Shown here in pieces: positions 1 through 11,720 of a DNA stretch of 64,000 nt. Source of the DNA: Felis catus. Taxonomy: Eukaryota. A program made the position numbers and the translations under genes. Location of the stretch: positions 110,796,001-110,860,000 of the forward strand of contig NC_058368.1 in NCBI RefSeq assembly GCF_018350175.1, read 5' to 3'. Positions within the stretch are counted from its first letter, which is position 1, and each line of letters opens with the position of its first letter. A model generated the notes under the pieces. The model was given only the letters and a program-made list of their open reading frames with translations, had not been told where the DNA came from and did no database searches.

Positions 1-59
1 GCGGGAACACGCGTCGCAGAGACTTTTCCCCGACAAACTTCCAGAGTCTCTGGAAGACG
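1..59 (+). CDS. TCF7: TCF7 exon 2, 3' part (truncated by window start)
   Basis: Frame from nt 2 reads REHASQRLFPDKLPESLED, matching the TCF-1 N-terminal region; followed by donor G|GTGAGT at 60. Confidence 0.93.
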
Positions 60-560
60 GTGAGTTACCGCCCTGTTCCCCTCCAGCCTCTAAGGCCCTG
101 GTGGGAAAGGGGGTGGCACGGAGGACGGGGGTGGCGGGGGGGTGCACCCCGCAGGGCAACTAAAGGAGGCGGCAAAACCGGGGGGTGGGGTGGGGGCGGG
201 TTTCCCGGGCGCCGCCGGGCTCGAGTCACTTCCGGTGCCCTGACCTTTATAGGAGTAAACAGACCCCCGCCATCTCCGCCTCCCCTCCTGCCCAGGTGAC
301 TGACTAATCCCCAGTCTTGAGGAGAAAGCGTTGGCCCAGGTTCCTTGGCCGGCGGGCGGGCTGGGGGTCAAGTAGGGGCCGCCCAGGGGAGGCCTGGACG
401 CGGGGTCCTTCGTCGGAACTCGGTACCGAGGCACTCCCGGCGCTTTTTTTCTCAAGTCCCACTTGAACGGGACCCCTCGGCAATTCTTACTCTGGAGAGC
501 AGACCCCTCCGGCCCTGACAGCCCGGGCGGGCGCGTCTGACCCAGCTGTGGTTTTTCCAG

Positions 561-685
561 GCCTGAAGGCCCCGGAGTGCGCCAGCGGCATGTACAAAGA
601 CACCGTCTACTCGGCCTTCAATCTGCTTATGCACTACCCACCCCCTTCGGGAGCAGGGCAGCACCCCCAGCCGCAGCCCCCACTG
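561..685 (+). CDS. TCF7: TCF7 exon 3 (125 nt), contains the short-isoform ATG at 590
   Basis: ttttccag| acceptor; (G)LKAPECASGMYKDTVYSAFNLLMHYPPPSGAGQHPQPQPPL; donor GTAAGT at 686; phase consistent with exon 2. Confidence 0.96.
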
Positions 686-3600
686 GTAAGTGGCCCCAGC
701 ATCCCGCAGGCCGTGTGCCTGCTACCTCCTTGACCAGGTAGGTGAGGCATGGGCAAGTGTCTTGTGCCTAGAACAAAATAGATAAGTGAGAACTCTTTTC
801 TGGTGTCTTTTCCCACATACACCCAGTGGGATGGGAAGCAGGAGAACTTTGCTGAAGGAAGGAGAGACCGCCCTAGGCACCCCCTTCCCTCCAGCTGTTG
901 GCCTTTGTCCTCCCAGCTTGCTCACAAGCAGGTGCAGGCCCTGTCCTGATGCTAGGTAATGCCAGGGTAGAGTCTTTTCCGAGAATTTTTGAGCTGACAC
1001 CATTCCCTACCCTCCTGAGGTGCTGGTGTTCTGGTGTGGTCTGAACTGTGAACTTTGCAGTTGGCCTTTTCGCGGAGCCTGAGCCCCAAGCCTGGGTGTT
1101 TGGAGGAATGGGCAGAAATGCTGGTGTGCTTTAGAGCTCCCGGCTGTGCAGGAAAAACAGACTCGACTCGCTCTGTCCTTCTTGCCATGAATGCACCCTT
1201 GCCAGAGAAAGACCACAAATGCAGTGTGTAGAAAGTAGGTTTTTATGAGGCTGGTTTGCTTTCCTATGCACCAGGAAGGGCCTGCAGAGGTGTTTCAAAT
1301 CAGTGGTGTGGGTAAGGGACCTGTTGAATGATTTTGCTAATTAAATATATTTAAGCGCTTTGAAAGATTCCATGATCGTTACAAACCATGCTTTTCTGCC
1401 TCATTGGTACAGATGACCTGAAAGGTAGAAGAGCCTATTTTGAGTGCATTGAAGCAGTACAGCTGCACTTAAAAAAAAAAAAAAAAAAAAAAATTGAGAT
1501 TAGTGTTTCAGACTGTCCTCAGCTGGCCTAAATCAGGGGTGAGATTAGAGGTCCTACAGTACACTAAATGTTTGGGGGCTTGGGGCTGCAAGTGGAGGCC
1601 TCGTGCAGGAGGGGCCGGCAGGTAGGAGGCTCACATGGCTAGTGGGGGTCACCCTGAGGGAGGAGGGTGACTGCTGGGCCATTTCAGATCAGAAGTGAGG
1701 AGAGTTGGTTCTGAAAGCTGTTTTGATGCCGAAGCCGGTGGGAGGTGAGAAGACAGATTCTTCTCCCCAGAAACCCAGAATGGAAAACCTGGTAAACTGT
1801 TGACTCTAGAAATGAGCTCCTTGGCCCTTGGACTCCCCATTTTCTCAAATGCAGAAGGAGCGTGATGGTTGAATGGTCTCTCTGCTCTAGGGTGGCTCCG
1901 GTCTCTGAGGTGTTTGCTTCCTTCACGTCTGTGAGGGAGGCGGTTGCCCTTTGACCTCACCATCTCAGGCAACACCTCTTCCTAGAGACCTCCACCCTGC
2001 ACCAGCAGATGCTTAACATAGATTCTTTTTGGGTCTCCTACAACGGGTAAACTCTTAGGTTTTGGGGCCAACTTGACATAACACAGCACTGCTAAACCAC
2101 CGGCAGGTGAATTGCTTGGACAGGGCGCTGTGGTCACTGTGACAACCATGACTAGACAAAAGACCTAAGACCAAGAACAGTCCTAGGAGGGCAGGCTGCC
2201 CTCCAGCCTCTTGTGATTTCACAGTGCTTCAGGAAGGCGGTTGGATTTCTGTGATCCTTTCATGGCCTGCGTGAGTGCGAGAGAGCCCAGAGTTGGAGGG
2301 CCCCCTTCTCTGTAAGGGTGTGGTGATGGGACCATTTGGTCTCCTTTAGCTCACACTGGTCAGAGTGTAGGCGGACGGATGGCCAACTCCAGCAGTCAGG
2401 ATTCTTGGTGGGGGGAGCGGGGAGAGGGGGGTGCTGAAGCAGGCACATCACTCTTCCCCTAGCCTGGGTCATTTGTTTTTTCAACCTCGGCATCTTTCTC
2501 AAGCTATAGCAGATGCTTTTCTGTGTGTTATACCCTCTCCTGTAGAGGTAAGTCCCCTTGTCCTCCTCCCTACCCAGCTCAGCCTCCCACTGCCTGGCTT
2601 CTGGGAACACGGGAGGAGGAAGACAAGGTCTGGAGTTGACTTTCTGTGTGCTGGTATCAGCTGTTCCATGGGGCTGAGAACAAGGACAGAGGCATGGGCC
2701 TAAGTTGGGGTCACACTGGGTGAGGAAGATGTACATGAATACAAGGGAGGAGCCTCTTTTAAGCAAACCTGATAGTTAAAAATGAATAGCAAATAGAAGT
2801 AATTGTTGGTGTTACCCAAAAAGTTGTTGGACATTTAAATTAGGGCTGGTTTTAAAAGCAAAATTGATTGACTCCGTGTTTTGGGAACACATTTATCAGA
2901 AAAGATACCCTTACAGTGGGGCAGGAGTCCATTGTAGGGGCCCTGAGGAAGAACTGCCTTGGGAGGTTTCTTCCCAAGCTCTGCTTTCCTGAGCCCATGG
3001 GACAGATGACACGCTGCCCAGCCCCTGCCCTTGAGCCTTAGAACTAGGCCCCCTCCCCGCTTTGCCCCCTCTGAGGGAATCCAAGTGGTCACCAGTTGTG
3101 CCGAAGAGCTTTTAAGGCCAGTTGCTTAACCTCCCCAGACAGTGGGGAGAGCCCATGCTGGGGTCGTCCTCTGCGCGTGAGTGAGTAGCTACCATGTGGG
3201 ATGCCTCAAAGCATGCAGACCCAAACCTTGCCAGGAGCGATGGACCAAATGACCACTTCACAGCCAACTGCCAGTGGGGAGAGGGGGATCTTTTACCTAA
3301 AAGGGTGCTTCTTTTTAATACATGGCTTCTTGTGAATTCTTGTGAATTCTCCTTTTGGGAAAGGAGAATTGGTCAAAGTTTATTTCATGGCTGATGTTTG
3401 GCAGGCATCTAATGTAGGCTTGTAGACAGTTCCTGGCCTAGACCAGTAGCCACGGCTTGTTTTTGTTTTGTTGGCTTTGTTCTGCTCTGAGATTGGGAGG
3501 GGGAAGTGGGAGGGCCAACTCTGGGCCTGGCTTTAAGGGAATTCTGGGATGAGTAAGGCTTCACTCCCTAGGGAAACTCAGATTCTTGGATGTGCGTGAC

Positions 3601-3714
3601 TGCCAGTCTGGTGCAAATCCTCTTCTCAAAAAGGATAGGAAGCCCCGTTGTTCTTGTGGCCCCTTCCATGGCTCCACTTGGAGTCTTGGGCCTGGAAGAT
3701 TGCTGAGCCTTTTG

Positions 3715-3980
3715 CCATTTAGATGAAGTGTCCAGAATAGGCAAATCTATAGAGATGGAACGTAGATGAGTGGTGGCTAGGGACTGAGGAAAGGGGGGAA
3801 TGGGGAGTGGCCGCTAATGGCTATAGCGTTTCTCTTTGAGGTAATGAATGTGTTCTGGAATTAGATAGTGGTGCAAGTTATACAACCTTGTGAATATGCT
3901 AAAAGCCACTGAACTGTGTACTTTAAAACGCTGAATTTTATGATATACAAATTGGATGTCAATTGAAAAAACAAAAAAAC
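3715..3980 (+). mobile_element. Old L1 (L1M-type) 3' end fragment
   Basis: Characteristic L1M 3' UTR text (tccagaataggcaaatctatagag...tgttctggaattagatagtggt...ccactgaactgtgtactttaaaa) ending in an A-rich tail. Confidence 0.8.
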
Positions 3981-4829
3981 AGCTGAGCTTTTTGGCTCTT
4001 GCAGGGACTGGGGGCTGTTCCCCTGTGCCTGACTTCCACGGCCATCCTGGTGTCTGTGCATGCCCCAAGCCAGGGGTCAGGCATCCGTTCCAATGTTGGG
4101 GAGCCCAGTGGAGGCAGTGGACTCTTGCTTGGACTCCTCACCATGGAGCTCACATTTCTGGACTCCAGGGTCTGGGGTTAGATGAAAGCTGTGCTAATGA
4201 GCCCTGGGGGGATTAGGAGGTGCAGGTTTGAGCAAGACTTGAGCAGGGGAAGGAAGTGCTGCTGACCCATGGCCACTATGTCCAGTGAAGCTCTGCAGAG
4301 ATACACTCAGCCAGCCCTCTGTAGCCTCAGAGAGAGGGAGCCAGTGGGCCTTGCTGGGGAGGGTTAGTGATGGTTGATCACCAGCCCTGATTGGAGTGAA
4401 GCCTGTTAGGAGGAGTCTGGCACCAGGCTGGGCACCACATAGGTCACAGCCAGCCTTTCTGTCTCTGGGAATGCCTCGCTGAGTAGAAGAGACAGATGAA
4501 CAGACTGGAACCAGGCCCTGGTCAGAGGAGTGCTGTCTCAGAAGGCCCTGCTGGGGCATCTTGGGTGGAGCCGGCCCTGACGTGGGCCGTGGGCTGTGGA
4601 GAAGGATCTGCTGGGCAGCTTTCTGAAGGTGCAGAGTTGGCCACCAGATAAGGACAGGGTACTTGGGCTCCCTTCCAAACATGCCAGATCTCCCACTTCT
4701 CTACCTCAGTTGCCACCCTAAAGCCCACACTGTCGCCGTCACTCACCCAGAAGGCGGTAATGGCTGCTTCCAGCCTCTCTCTGCCTCGACCTTGGCCCCC
4801 ACCTGAACCCATGCCCTCACCCCCAGTCC

Positions 4830-5200
4830 AGGTTCCACATAGCAGCCAGGCATCAATCAGATCTCATTTCTTGCCTGATGAGACCCTGTAGTGGCTTCCC
4901 ATTGCTCTTGGAGTAAAATCCAAACCTCACACCACAGCCTGAGTGCCTGGGTGGTCGGCCTCTGCTGACAGCCCCTCCTTCTCATCGCCATACTCTATCT
5001 CCATAGATAGGTTTAGTGTCCTGGCCTGTTTTATACCCGTTAGGTTCTTTCCCACCTCAGGACCTTTGCACTTGTTTCCTCAGCTTGGAACTCTCTTCCC
5101 TAGCTCTCATGTAGCTGCCACCTTCTCATTCCTCATTTGGGGCCTAATTCAAATATCACTTTACCAGAGACACCCCCTGTGAATATCCAAGTGGGACCTC
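4830..5200 (+). mobile_element. L2 fragment
   Basis: L2-like phrases gtggcttcccattgctctt, acctcaggacctttgcacttg; boundaries approximate. Confidence 0.6.
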
Positions 5201-6171
5201 TGTCATCCTCCCAGGCATCAGCTGCCTTGCCCACCTTGGCAGTTCTTCAGGCCGTGGTGGTTGGCATTGCTTTATGATGTACTCGCTAGTTATGCTTAGA
5301 CCAAAGGCAGCCCATCTGCCAAAAGTATCTCTCAGCCTTAGTTTCCTCATTTGCACAATGGGGGTGGCGAGTCCTCTCCCCAGAGTTGGAGTGTAGACTG
5401 GAGGCAGCAGTGCCAGGGAAGTGCCCATGAAGGTGCCAGTGTGTCCTGGGCTTGAGAGGTAGCGGTTTGGTTGTGAGCGGTCCCTTCTTGCTCTCCTGGC
5501 TCCTCTGGGTTAGTGGTGGCACACTGGTAGGCCGGACATAGACTCATGTCTGGAAGGCCGTATCTCTACTTTGGGCCACAAAGCTCCAGGAGTCTGAACC
5601 CTGGGGGCCGGCTCTGGGGCGGGGACTTAGGTATACAGGCCCATTGCTTGCTGCCCTACCTCATCTAGGGATTCTTAGGAGGGGAAGTACCATTCTTGGA
5701 GCCGGGATGGGAGCTCTCACTACTCACTCTGTCCTGAGATCCTCTCCTGCCACCTCTAGAGATTTATCTGAAAGAGGTCCCCCCTCCCACAGCCATGTGA
5801 AAGCCCTTTATGTAAGATGTCTGGGGCTTAAGCTGTTTTGTCAGAAAAATAGGGAAAAGACCCATTTGTTTCTTAGCCTCCATGCCTCGCTCAGACCTTT
5901 TCTCACATGGTCAGCCCTGCATGCACCCCCTCATGTCTTGACCCAGTGTTTCCCTTTCCCCTGGTGTGGGGGTGCATTTTTGCAGGCCCTCAGACGGTGC
6001 CCACATATAGCATCTGTGTCATCCCTCCTGTAGCTTCTAGTTTGCTCAGAGCTTGTCTTCGTTACAGCAGGAACGATGATGTGTACAAATCATTTCTTAG
6101 TTATTTTTTGATTTTTTTCCTGGAGCAGTACATTTTAAGAGAGTTACGGGGTCAAAAAGGAGGAGGAATCA

Positions 6172-6512
6172 GGGGCACCTGGCTGGCTCAGTTGGTAAAG
6201 CATGCAACTCTTGATCTCGGGGTTGTTAGTTCGAGTCCCACCCTGGGGGTAGAGATTACATAAAAAAATAAAATCTTAAAAAAAAAAAAAATGTAGCTGG
6301 GGCGCCTGGGTGGCTCAGTCGGTTAAGCGTCCGACTTCAGCTCAGGTCACGGTCTCGAGGTCCGTGAGTTTGAGCCCCATGTCGGGCTCTGGGCTGATGG
6401 CTCAGAGCCTGGAGCCTGCTTCCGATTCTGTGTCTCCCTCTCTCTCTGCCCCTCCCCCGTTCATGCTCTGTCTCTCTCTGTCTCAAAAATAAATAAAACG
6501 TTTAAAAAAAAA
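6172..6512 (+). mobile_element. Two tandem Can-SINEs (short older copy 6172-6291; felid-type copy 6299-6512)
   Basis: GGGGCACCTGG/GGGGCGCCTGG tRNA-derived heads, CT-rich region, poly-A; second copy flanked by a duplicated AAAAAAAAATGTAG. Confidence 0.92.
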
Positions 6513-7594
6513 TGTAGGAAGAACCATAGCATTTTGCTCCTCTGTGACCCCAGTTTGCAGCTTGTTCCTTGCAGTGCCTAAGTGTGCAAACCCCAACATG
6601 GAGTTTCTTCTTTGTTGTTGTTCATTTAATAGGTTCATGGTGGACAGTGGGACTTCAGAGTTCTTTTGACTTGCATTCCTTCCTGACTTGGAAGGCTGTG
6701 TGGTATTGGCTGTGGTGTTTGGAAAATGTGCAGTCGCACCCAAGGTGCGACTACCTTCTGGGCGCCTTTTTGCTGCCTTTCAGGTCCAAGACAGCAGCAC
6801 CAAGGAGGCTCATCCCAGAGACTCTCGCCCCACTCTATCCCCAGGGGCTGGAGTTAGAAGACTGCCTGCCCACTCCTCTAGCTCAGCGGGGCGTAGGGAC
6901 TGACCCAACCCTAGGTGACCAACCTAGGCCCAGGAATTCTTCATCCCACTGTTCCTGGGTCTCACCACGCCAGTTTCCATAGCCAACAAATGGGGATGTT
7001 CCTACCAGCTCTGCCTACCTCCCCACGTGCCCCAAGACAGGTGTGAGTGGGGTTGAAGAGGGGAGGGCTTGGTGGTACCTTCCCCGAGACTAGCAGCTCG
7101 TGGCCTCTTGGTTTCACGAGACCATACCCCACCCCTTGCCCGTGCAGGAAAAGCGGTTTAGCTGAGCTCTGAGAAGGGGCTGCAGGGGCCCTGGTTGCAA
7201 GTCAAATGCCTGCTGAGGTCAGGCTGGATTAGGGTGGGTACAGCTGCATGAAGGGATAGGGGGATGCCACTGCCTCCCTGTGAGCCTCCTCAGGCAGCTG
7301 TGATCCTGAAGCCATAGTCACACTCTCTCATGCCTTGTGACTGGCTGCTTCCTGCCGCTGTGTACAAACAAGACTCTGGTGGAGGAAACAGGTGTTTTAT
7401 CAGGTCACAGGGCTCCCCCTTCCCCAACAGTATAGTGCACAGATCTTTGGGTTACTACCCTCCTTCTACTGGTGGGGACAGGAAGGCCAGGTCAGGGAAG
7501 AGATCTATCCCAGGCCCCTTAGAGACATGGAGAGGGAGGGCATTGTCTGGAAGTTCCACCCTCGAACACCGTATCTGCCACTCTTTGGCCAAGA

Positions 7595-7690
7595 GGCCCT
7601 GAGTAAGTTACTTAATCGCCGGGAGGCTGAGTTTCCCCATCTAGAAATGAGGAGAATGAGGGTTCTGACCTCCTTGGGTTCCTGGGGCAT
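7595..7690 (+). mobile_element. MIR fragment
   Basis: aagttacttaatc...gagtttccccatctagaaatgagg MIR core. Confidence 0.55.
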
Positions 7691-8795
7691 GGAAGGAGGC
7701 ACTCACTGTATGTGGGTTCCTGCTATGTGGCAGATGTTATCAGTGCAAGCACTGGAGTGAACAGCTCTTGCAGAGGGTGCCGTGCCTGGTGGGTGGAGCA
7801 TTTCTGAAGCCCCCACGTTTGCTCTTCCTCAGCTCAGCAGCCAGCCCCCCTGCAGCAGTGTGGAGCACAGCTGTCCAGCCTGTCTGGCCTCATGGCCTCA
7901 GCTGGCCGGTGACAGAGTGCCTGCAGTATCTAGAACCCTGGTTCCAGACCCCTACTGGAGTTTCTGGGCCCCTGCATGCTTGGCCTTGACTTAGCAAGAG
8001 GGGTGGCAGTCTCTACCCTCCCAGAGGATCTCAGTCCCAGTGAGGTAGAGATGCCCTCCGAGGCATTCACAGCTGGCTTTGAGGTTCTGCCCAAATTGGA
8101 TGAATGGCAGTGAGGAGGGAGAGGCCAGTGGTGGGCAACCCGGAAGGCTTTTTGAGAGGTTACGGTTGCAGCTGGCCGGGACCTGCATAGGTGAAGTGAG
8201 AGAACGCTCTGCGGGGCAGGGTCAGAGCAGAGCAGATCAGGAATCACTATGTTCTTGGTCACTGGAAGGGTGGCCCAAAGCCCAGGGTCTGTGAAGACTA
8301 CAAGGTGAGGCTGGAGAAGAGCCAGCAGGGAGGACCCAGCAGGTGACCTTGATATGCAGGCAGCTCTGGTCCCAGAGCCTAGGAGTGGCTGGTAGGCACA
8401 TGCGTGTGTTGGCAGAATGAAGAGCCAGGTGGTGACCATTGGCGCATGGTTTGAGTTGGGCATGGAGGGGGAGGCAGGCAGAGCCAGCAGTTGGGGCAGT
8501 GTGGATGCTGGGAGGCCCAGAGCTGATAGGCGGAGTGCGAGCAAGGCCAAGGCAGGGGGTGGGCTTTGGGCAAGGAAGACCCAGCATGCTGGCACATGCA
8601 AGGCAACAGAGACTCAGGGGTGGAAGTTTCCATTTTCATGTTATTTCATTTGTCTTTCAGTCTCTCCCTAGAGTCGTGGGTCCAGGGTCTTGGCCCCCTG
8701 TTTACTGAGAGGAACTGAACCCTAGAGGTCAGGTCCCTCAGCACATTGGTGATGTAGCCACGATGTAGAGAGCGCCTCTTACCCAGCATCCTCTT

Positions 8796-9014
8796 AAAAA
8801 AACTTTTTTTTAACGTTTATTTATTTTTGAGACAGAGAGAGACAGAGCATGAACAGGGGAGGGTCAGAGAGAGAGGGAGACACAGAATCTGAAACAGGCT
8901 CCAGACTCTGAGCTGTCAGCACAGAGCCCGACGCGGGGCTTGAACTCACAGACTGTGAGATCATGACCTGAGCCGAAGTTGGACGCTTAACCGACCAAGC
9001 CACCTAGGCACCCC
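8796..9014 (-). mobile_element. Can-SINE (felid-type)
   Basis: Reverse SINEC; TSD ccagcatc(c/g)tctt at 8783-8795 and 9017-9029. Confidence 0.93.
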
Positions 9015-11509
9015 GACCAGCATCGTCTTTAGCAAGACTGTGAGGCCCCAGCAGTCTAGGGAGGGTCTCGGAGAATCCAGGACATTGTTAGCTTCTTCCT
9101 TCAGGCAGTTTGATGCCTGTTTACAGGTCCACGAAGCCTGGAGTTTGGACCTGTCATCACCTCCCTCCCTTAAAAAGATGTGGCCCACACCAGCCTTAGC
9201 ATACACAAAGTCTCTGAGCTGCAGCCTGGGTGGGTTTGTCGTGGTCATAGCGTTGTTTCCTGGTGCTGCTAGAACCTTGGGCTCCCCTTGGCACAGTCCC
9301 CTCATATGTGAGGGATGGTCCCTGCTGGGTAGGGGTCATGGCCAGGTGCAGAGCCAAGATGGGTGTGAGTCTGGCCCTCTCCTGTGGGGAAGCTGCCCAT
9401 GGGAGTTTGTCCCACGGAGGTCGACTGCCTGGGCTTTGCCAGTACACACGGCTTTACCGCCCTGAGGAAGATGGGCACCACGGCCGATCCACAGCCAGAG
9501 TTCCCTGCAGGGCAGAGGAAGCAGACGTTCTGCCAAGTAAGCTTGCCTTACCCCTCACCCCTCCCATTAAAACAACCAGTTGTTTCTCTGTCCAGAGACA
9601 GGAAAGTTGTCTGGGCCCTACACTATCTTCTTCTCAATGACCAGTGTGTGGCTGAGGCGTGGACAGGCAGGACGTGGCCTGCCCCAAGAACAGTGAGCTT
9701 TGGGGGTTTGCGTAGTTAAGCTGCCCCAGCCCACCATATCCGGGCTGGCCCACGTGAGGCTGACGGATTCCCCCCTCCCAGAAAGCCCAATTAGCCCGTG
9801 AGGGCAGGGAACTGTGATGGGCAGGGAAGCCAGAAGACAGGCCCAACTTTTCTCCTTGCTGTGTGATCTCCAACAAATCTGTTAATCTCTCTAGGTCTCA
9901 GTTTCCTTCTCTCAGTCAGGAGTGGGGATCCCTGGCCATGAAGGATTGCTGACATTCAGATAAGTGTTGGCTGGAGACAATTGCTGCTCAGGTGGGCATC
10001 AGGTGGGGCTTGCTGGGCATTGCCAGGACTGCTCCAGGGCCAGCTTCCCCATCAGGCAAGAAGGTTGGGAGGGACAGAGGGACAGGTGATGGGAGTTCAG
10101 GCTGAAGGCATTCTGACTAACTCTGACCTGGCTCTGGTGGCAGAGGCCCAGCCTCCCGATCTGCTGGGCCGCCATCTGAAACGCATTACCGATGCTTTGT
10201 AAACTCTACATCATTTGGCCACATGAAAGCCTAGGATCTAAAAATAGCCACTCCCAGAGGACGCCCCGCATTGGTGGGGCTCAGCTGACCTCTGCACGCA
10301 CACCCACCACCAGGCCGTCTTCCTTGCCAGGGAGCCCCGACTGGCAGGGCCACACCCACCCACCCTCCCAGTGTGGGCAGCTACTGCCTGGGGCCACTTT
10401 ATCTGGGCACAGATCTGATCCAGCTGGTCAAAGCTTCAGGCCTCGAGGCTTTACCCGGGGCAGAATGTCTGGAGGAGCCAGGAGGGAGGCAGCTGAGGTT
10501 GTGTTGGTGGCCCCGGGACCCCTTTCCCAGCCCTGTCACATGCCTGGAATGGCTGCGGGAGGCTCATTGGGAAGCCAGCAGAACCGTCTTACAGATGAGA
10601 ACACTGGGCCCCATGCAGGGGGAGCACGGGAAGGCGGACTTGGCCACTGTTAGGTGGTGGACAGGAGGGCTGCTGGCTGATGTGCTGGCATTTTGGAGGT
10701 CAGGGGCCTACCCAGGGCCCTGTAGTGTCTGTGGAGAGCCAACCCCAGCAGGAAGGCAGGATGGCTGTGGATCTCCAGGCTGCTATGGTTGACTCTTTGC
10801 CCTGCTTTCTGTGGGTTCCCTCTCCTTATGGTCTCTATGACCAACTGCAAACCACTCTTTTCCCTAAAAATAAACATGCTTATGGGATTGGGGGAAGCTT
10901 TGTAGCTATCAAAGGAAATAATAGGGTGTTTAAGAAAATTACATTGCGTTTTAAATAACCAGCATGAAAGTCATTAAGTTTGAAGTTTCATTCAAATCAG
11001 ATGGCTCTGTGGCTGGCCCAGTGGCCAGGCAGGCAGAGGGTGGGTGGGCCCTCAGGGATGCAGAGAGGCAGCCTGTGGAGAGATTTGTGCCAGCAGCAAT
11101 GAGGTCTCTGTTGGGTACAGCCGGGGTCCAGGCAGGGCGGCTGCTTCGTGTGTGCCAGGCTGCGGCAGCCTCCCCACAGCGTGCTGGCCGGCTTTAAGCA
11201 TTGTGCGGGTGGGAGCCGCCCAGCTGTGGTGGGCAGCCCCATGGGTGGGGCTTGGGGGGGACCGTAGTCCACAGGGTGTAGGGACAGACGACGCTGGGAT
11301 TGCCGAGCCCACAAGGGGTGATGGCCATGTTGAGGTGGGGTTTCAGGGATGGTGGTTTGGATCAGAAAGGGCTGGGGAAGATGTACTGGGCCAGCCCATA
11401 TCTGGCCTCCTCGCTGCGGGGATCTCGGTGCCCCACACAGGGTGTGACACAGAGTAGGTGCTCAGTAAATAGTTGTTGGGAGAATAACAACGGCGACAAT
11501 TGTGTATGT

Positions 11510-11720
11510 GTTGAGAACTTCCCGAGTGCCAGGTCTGTGCCTGGGGCTTTCAATCCCAGTATCAAGGTCCTTGCATGAAGCTGAGAAAGTAGATGCTATT
11601 ACTGCTCTCATTTTACAGATGGGGGATTTGAGGCTCAGCGAGGTTAAGAACATGCTAGTGCCTGGCATCAGGGCTTGGACTTAGTCTGTTTTACCTCAAA
11701 GCCCATGTTGCCCGTTGCTG
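11510..11720 (-). mobile_element. MIR (preceded by an L2-like 3' end near 11440-11480)
   Basis: ctcattttacagatgggggatttgaggctcagcgaggttaag is a reverse MIR core. Confidence 0.7.

Larger units (their letters stand above)
1..720. promoter_or_regulatory. TCF7: CpG-rich region containing the TCF7 internal (short-isoform) promoter in intron 2
   Basis: High CpG/GC density; GC box 192-200, ETS CACTTCCGG 227-235, forkhead GTAAACA 255-261. Short TCF-1 isoforms lacking the beta-catenin-binding domain are known to start at the MYK.. methionine, here ATG 590-592. Confidence 0.75.

Noticed and set aside
6172..6260. tRNA-like A/B boxes
   Set aside because: Head of a tRNA-derived SINE with poly-A tail, not a tRNA gene.
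6310..6492. Recurrent MAQSVKRPTSAQV... ORFs (also 8821, 35658, 55796, 57171, 63813)
   Set aside because: Translations of Can-SINE bodies, not a gene family.
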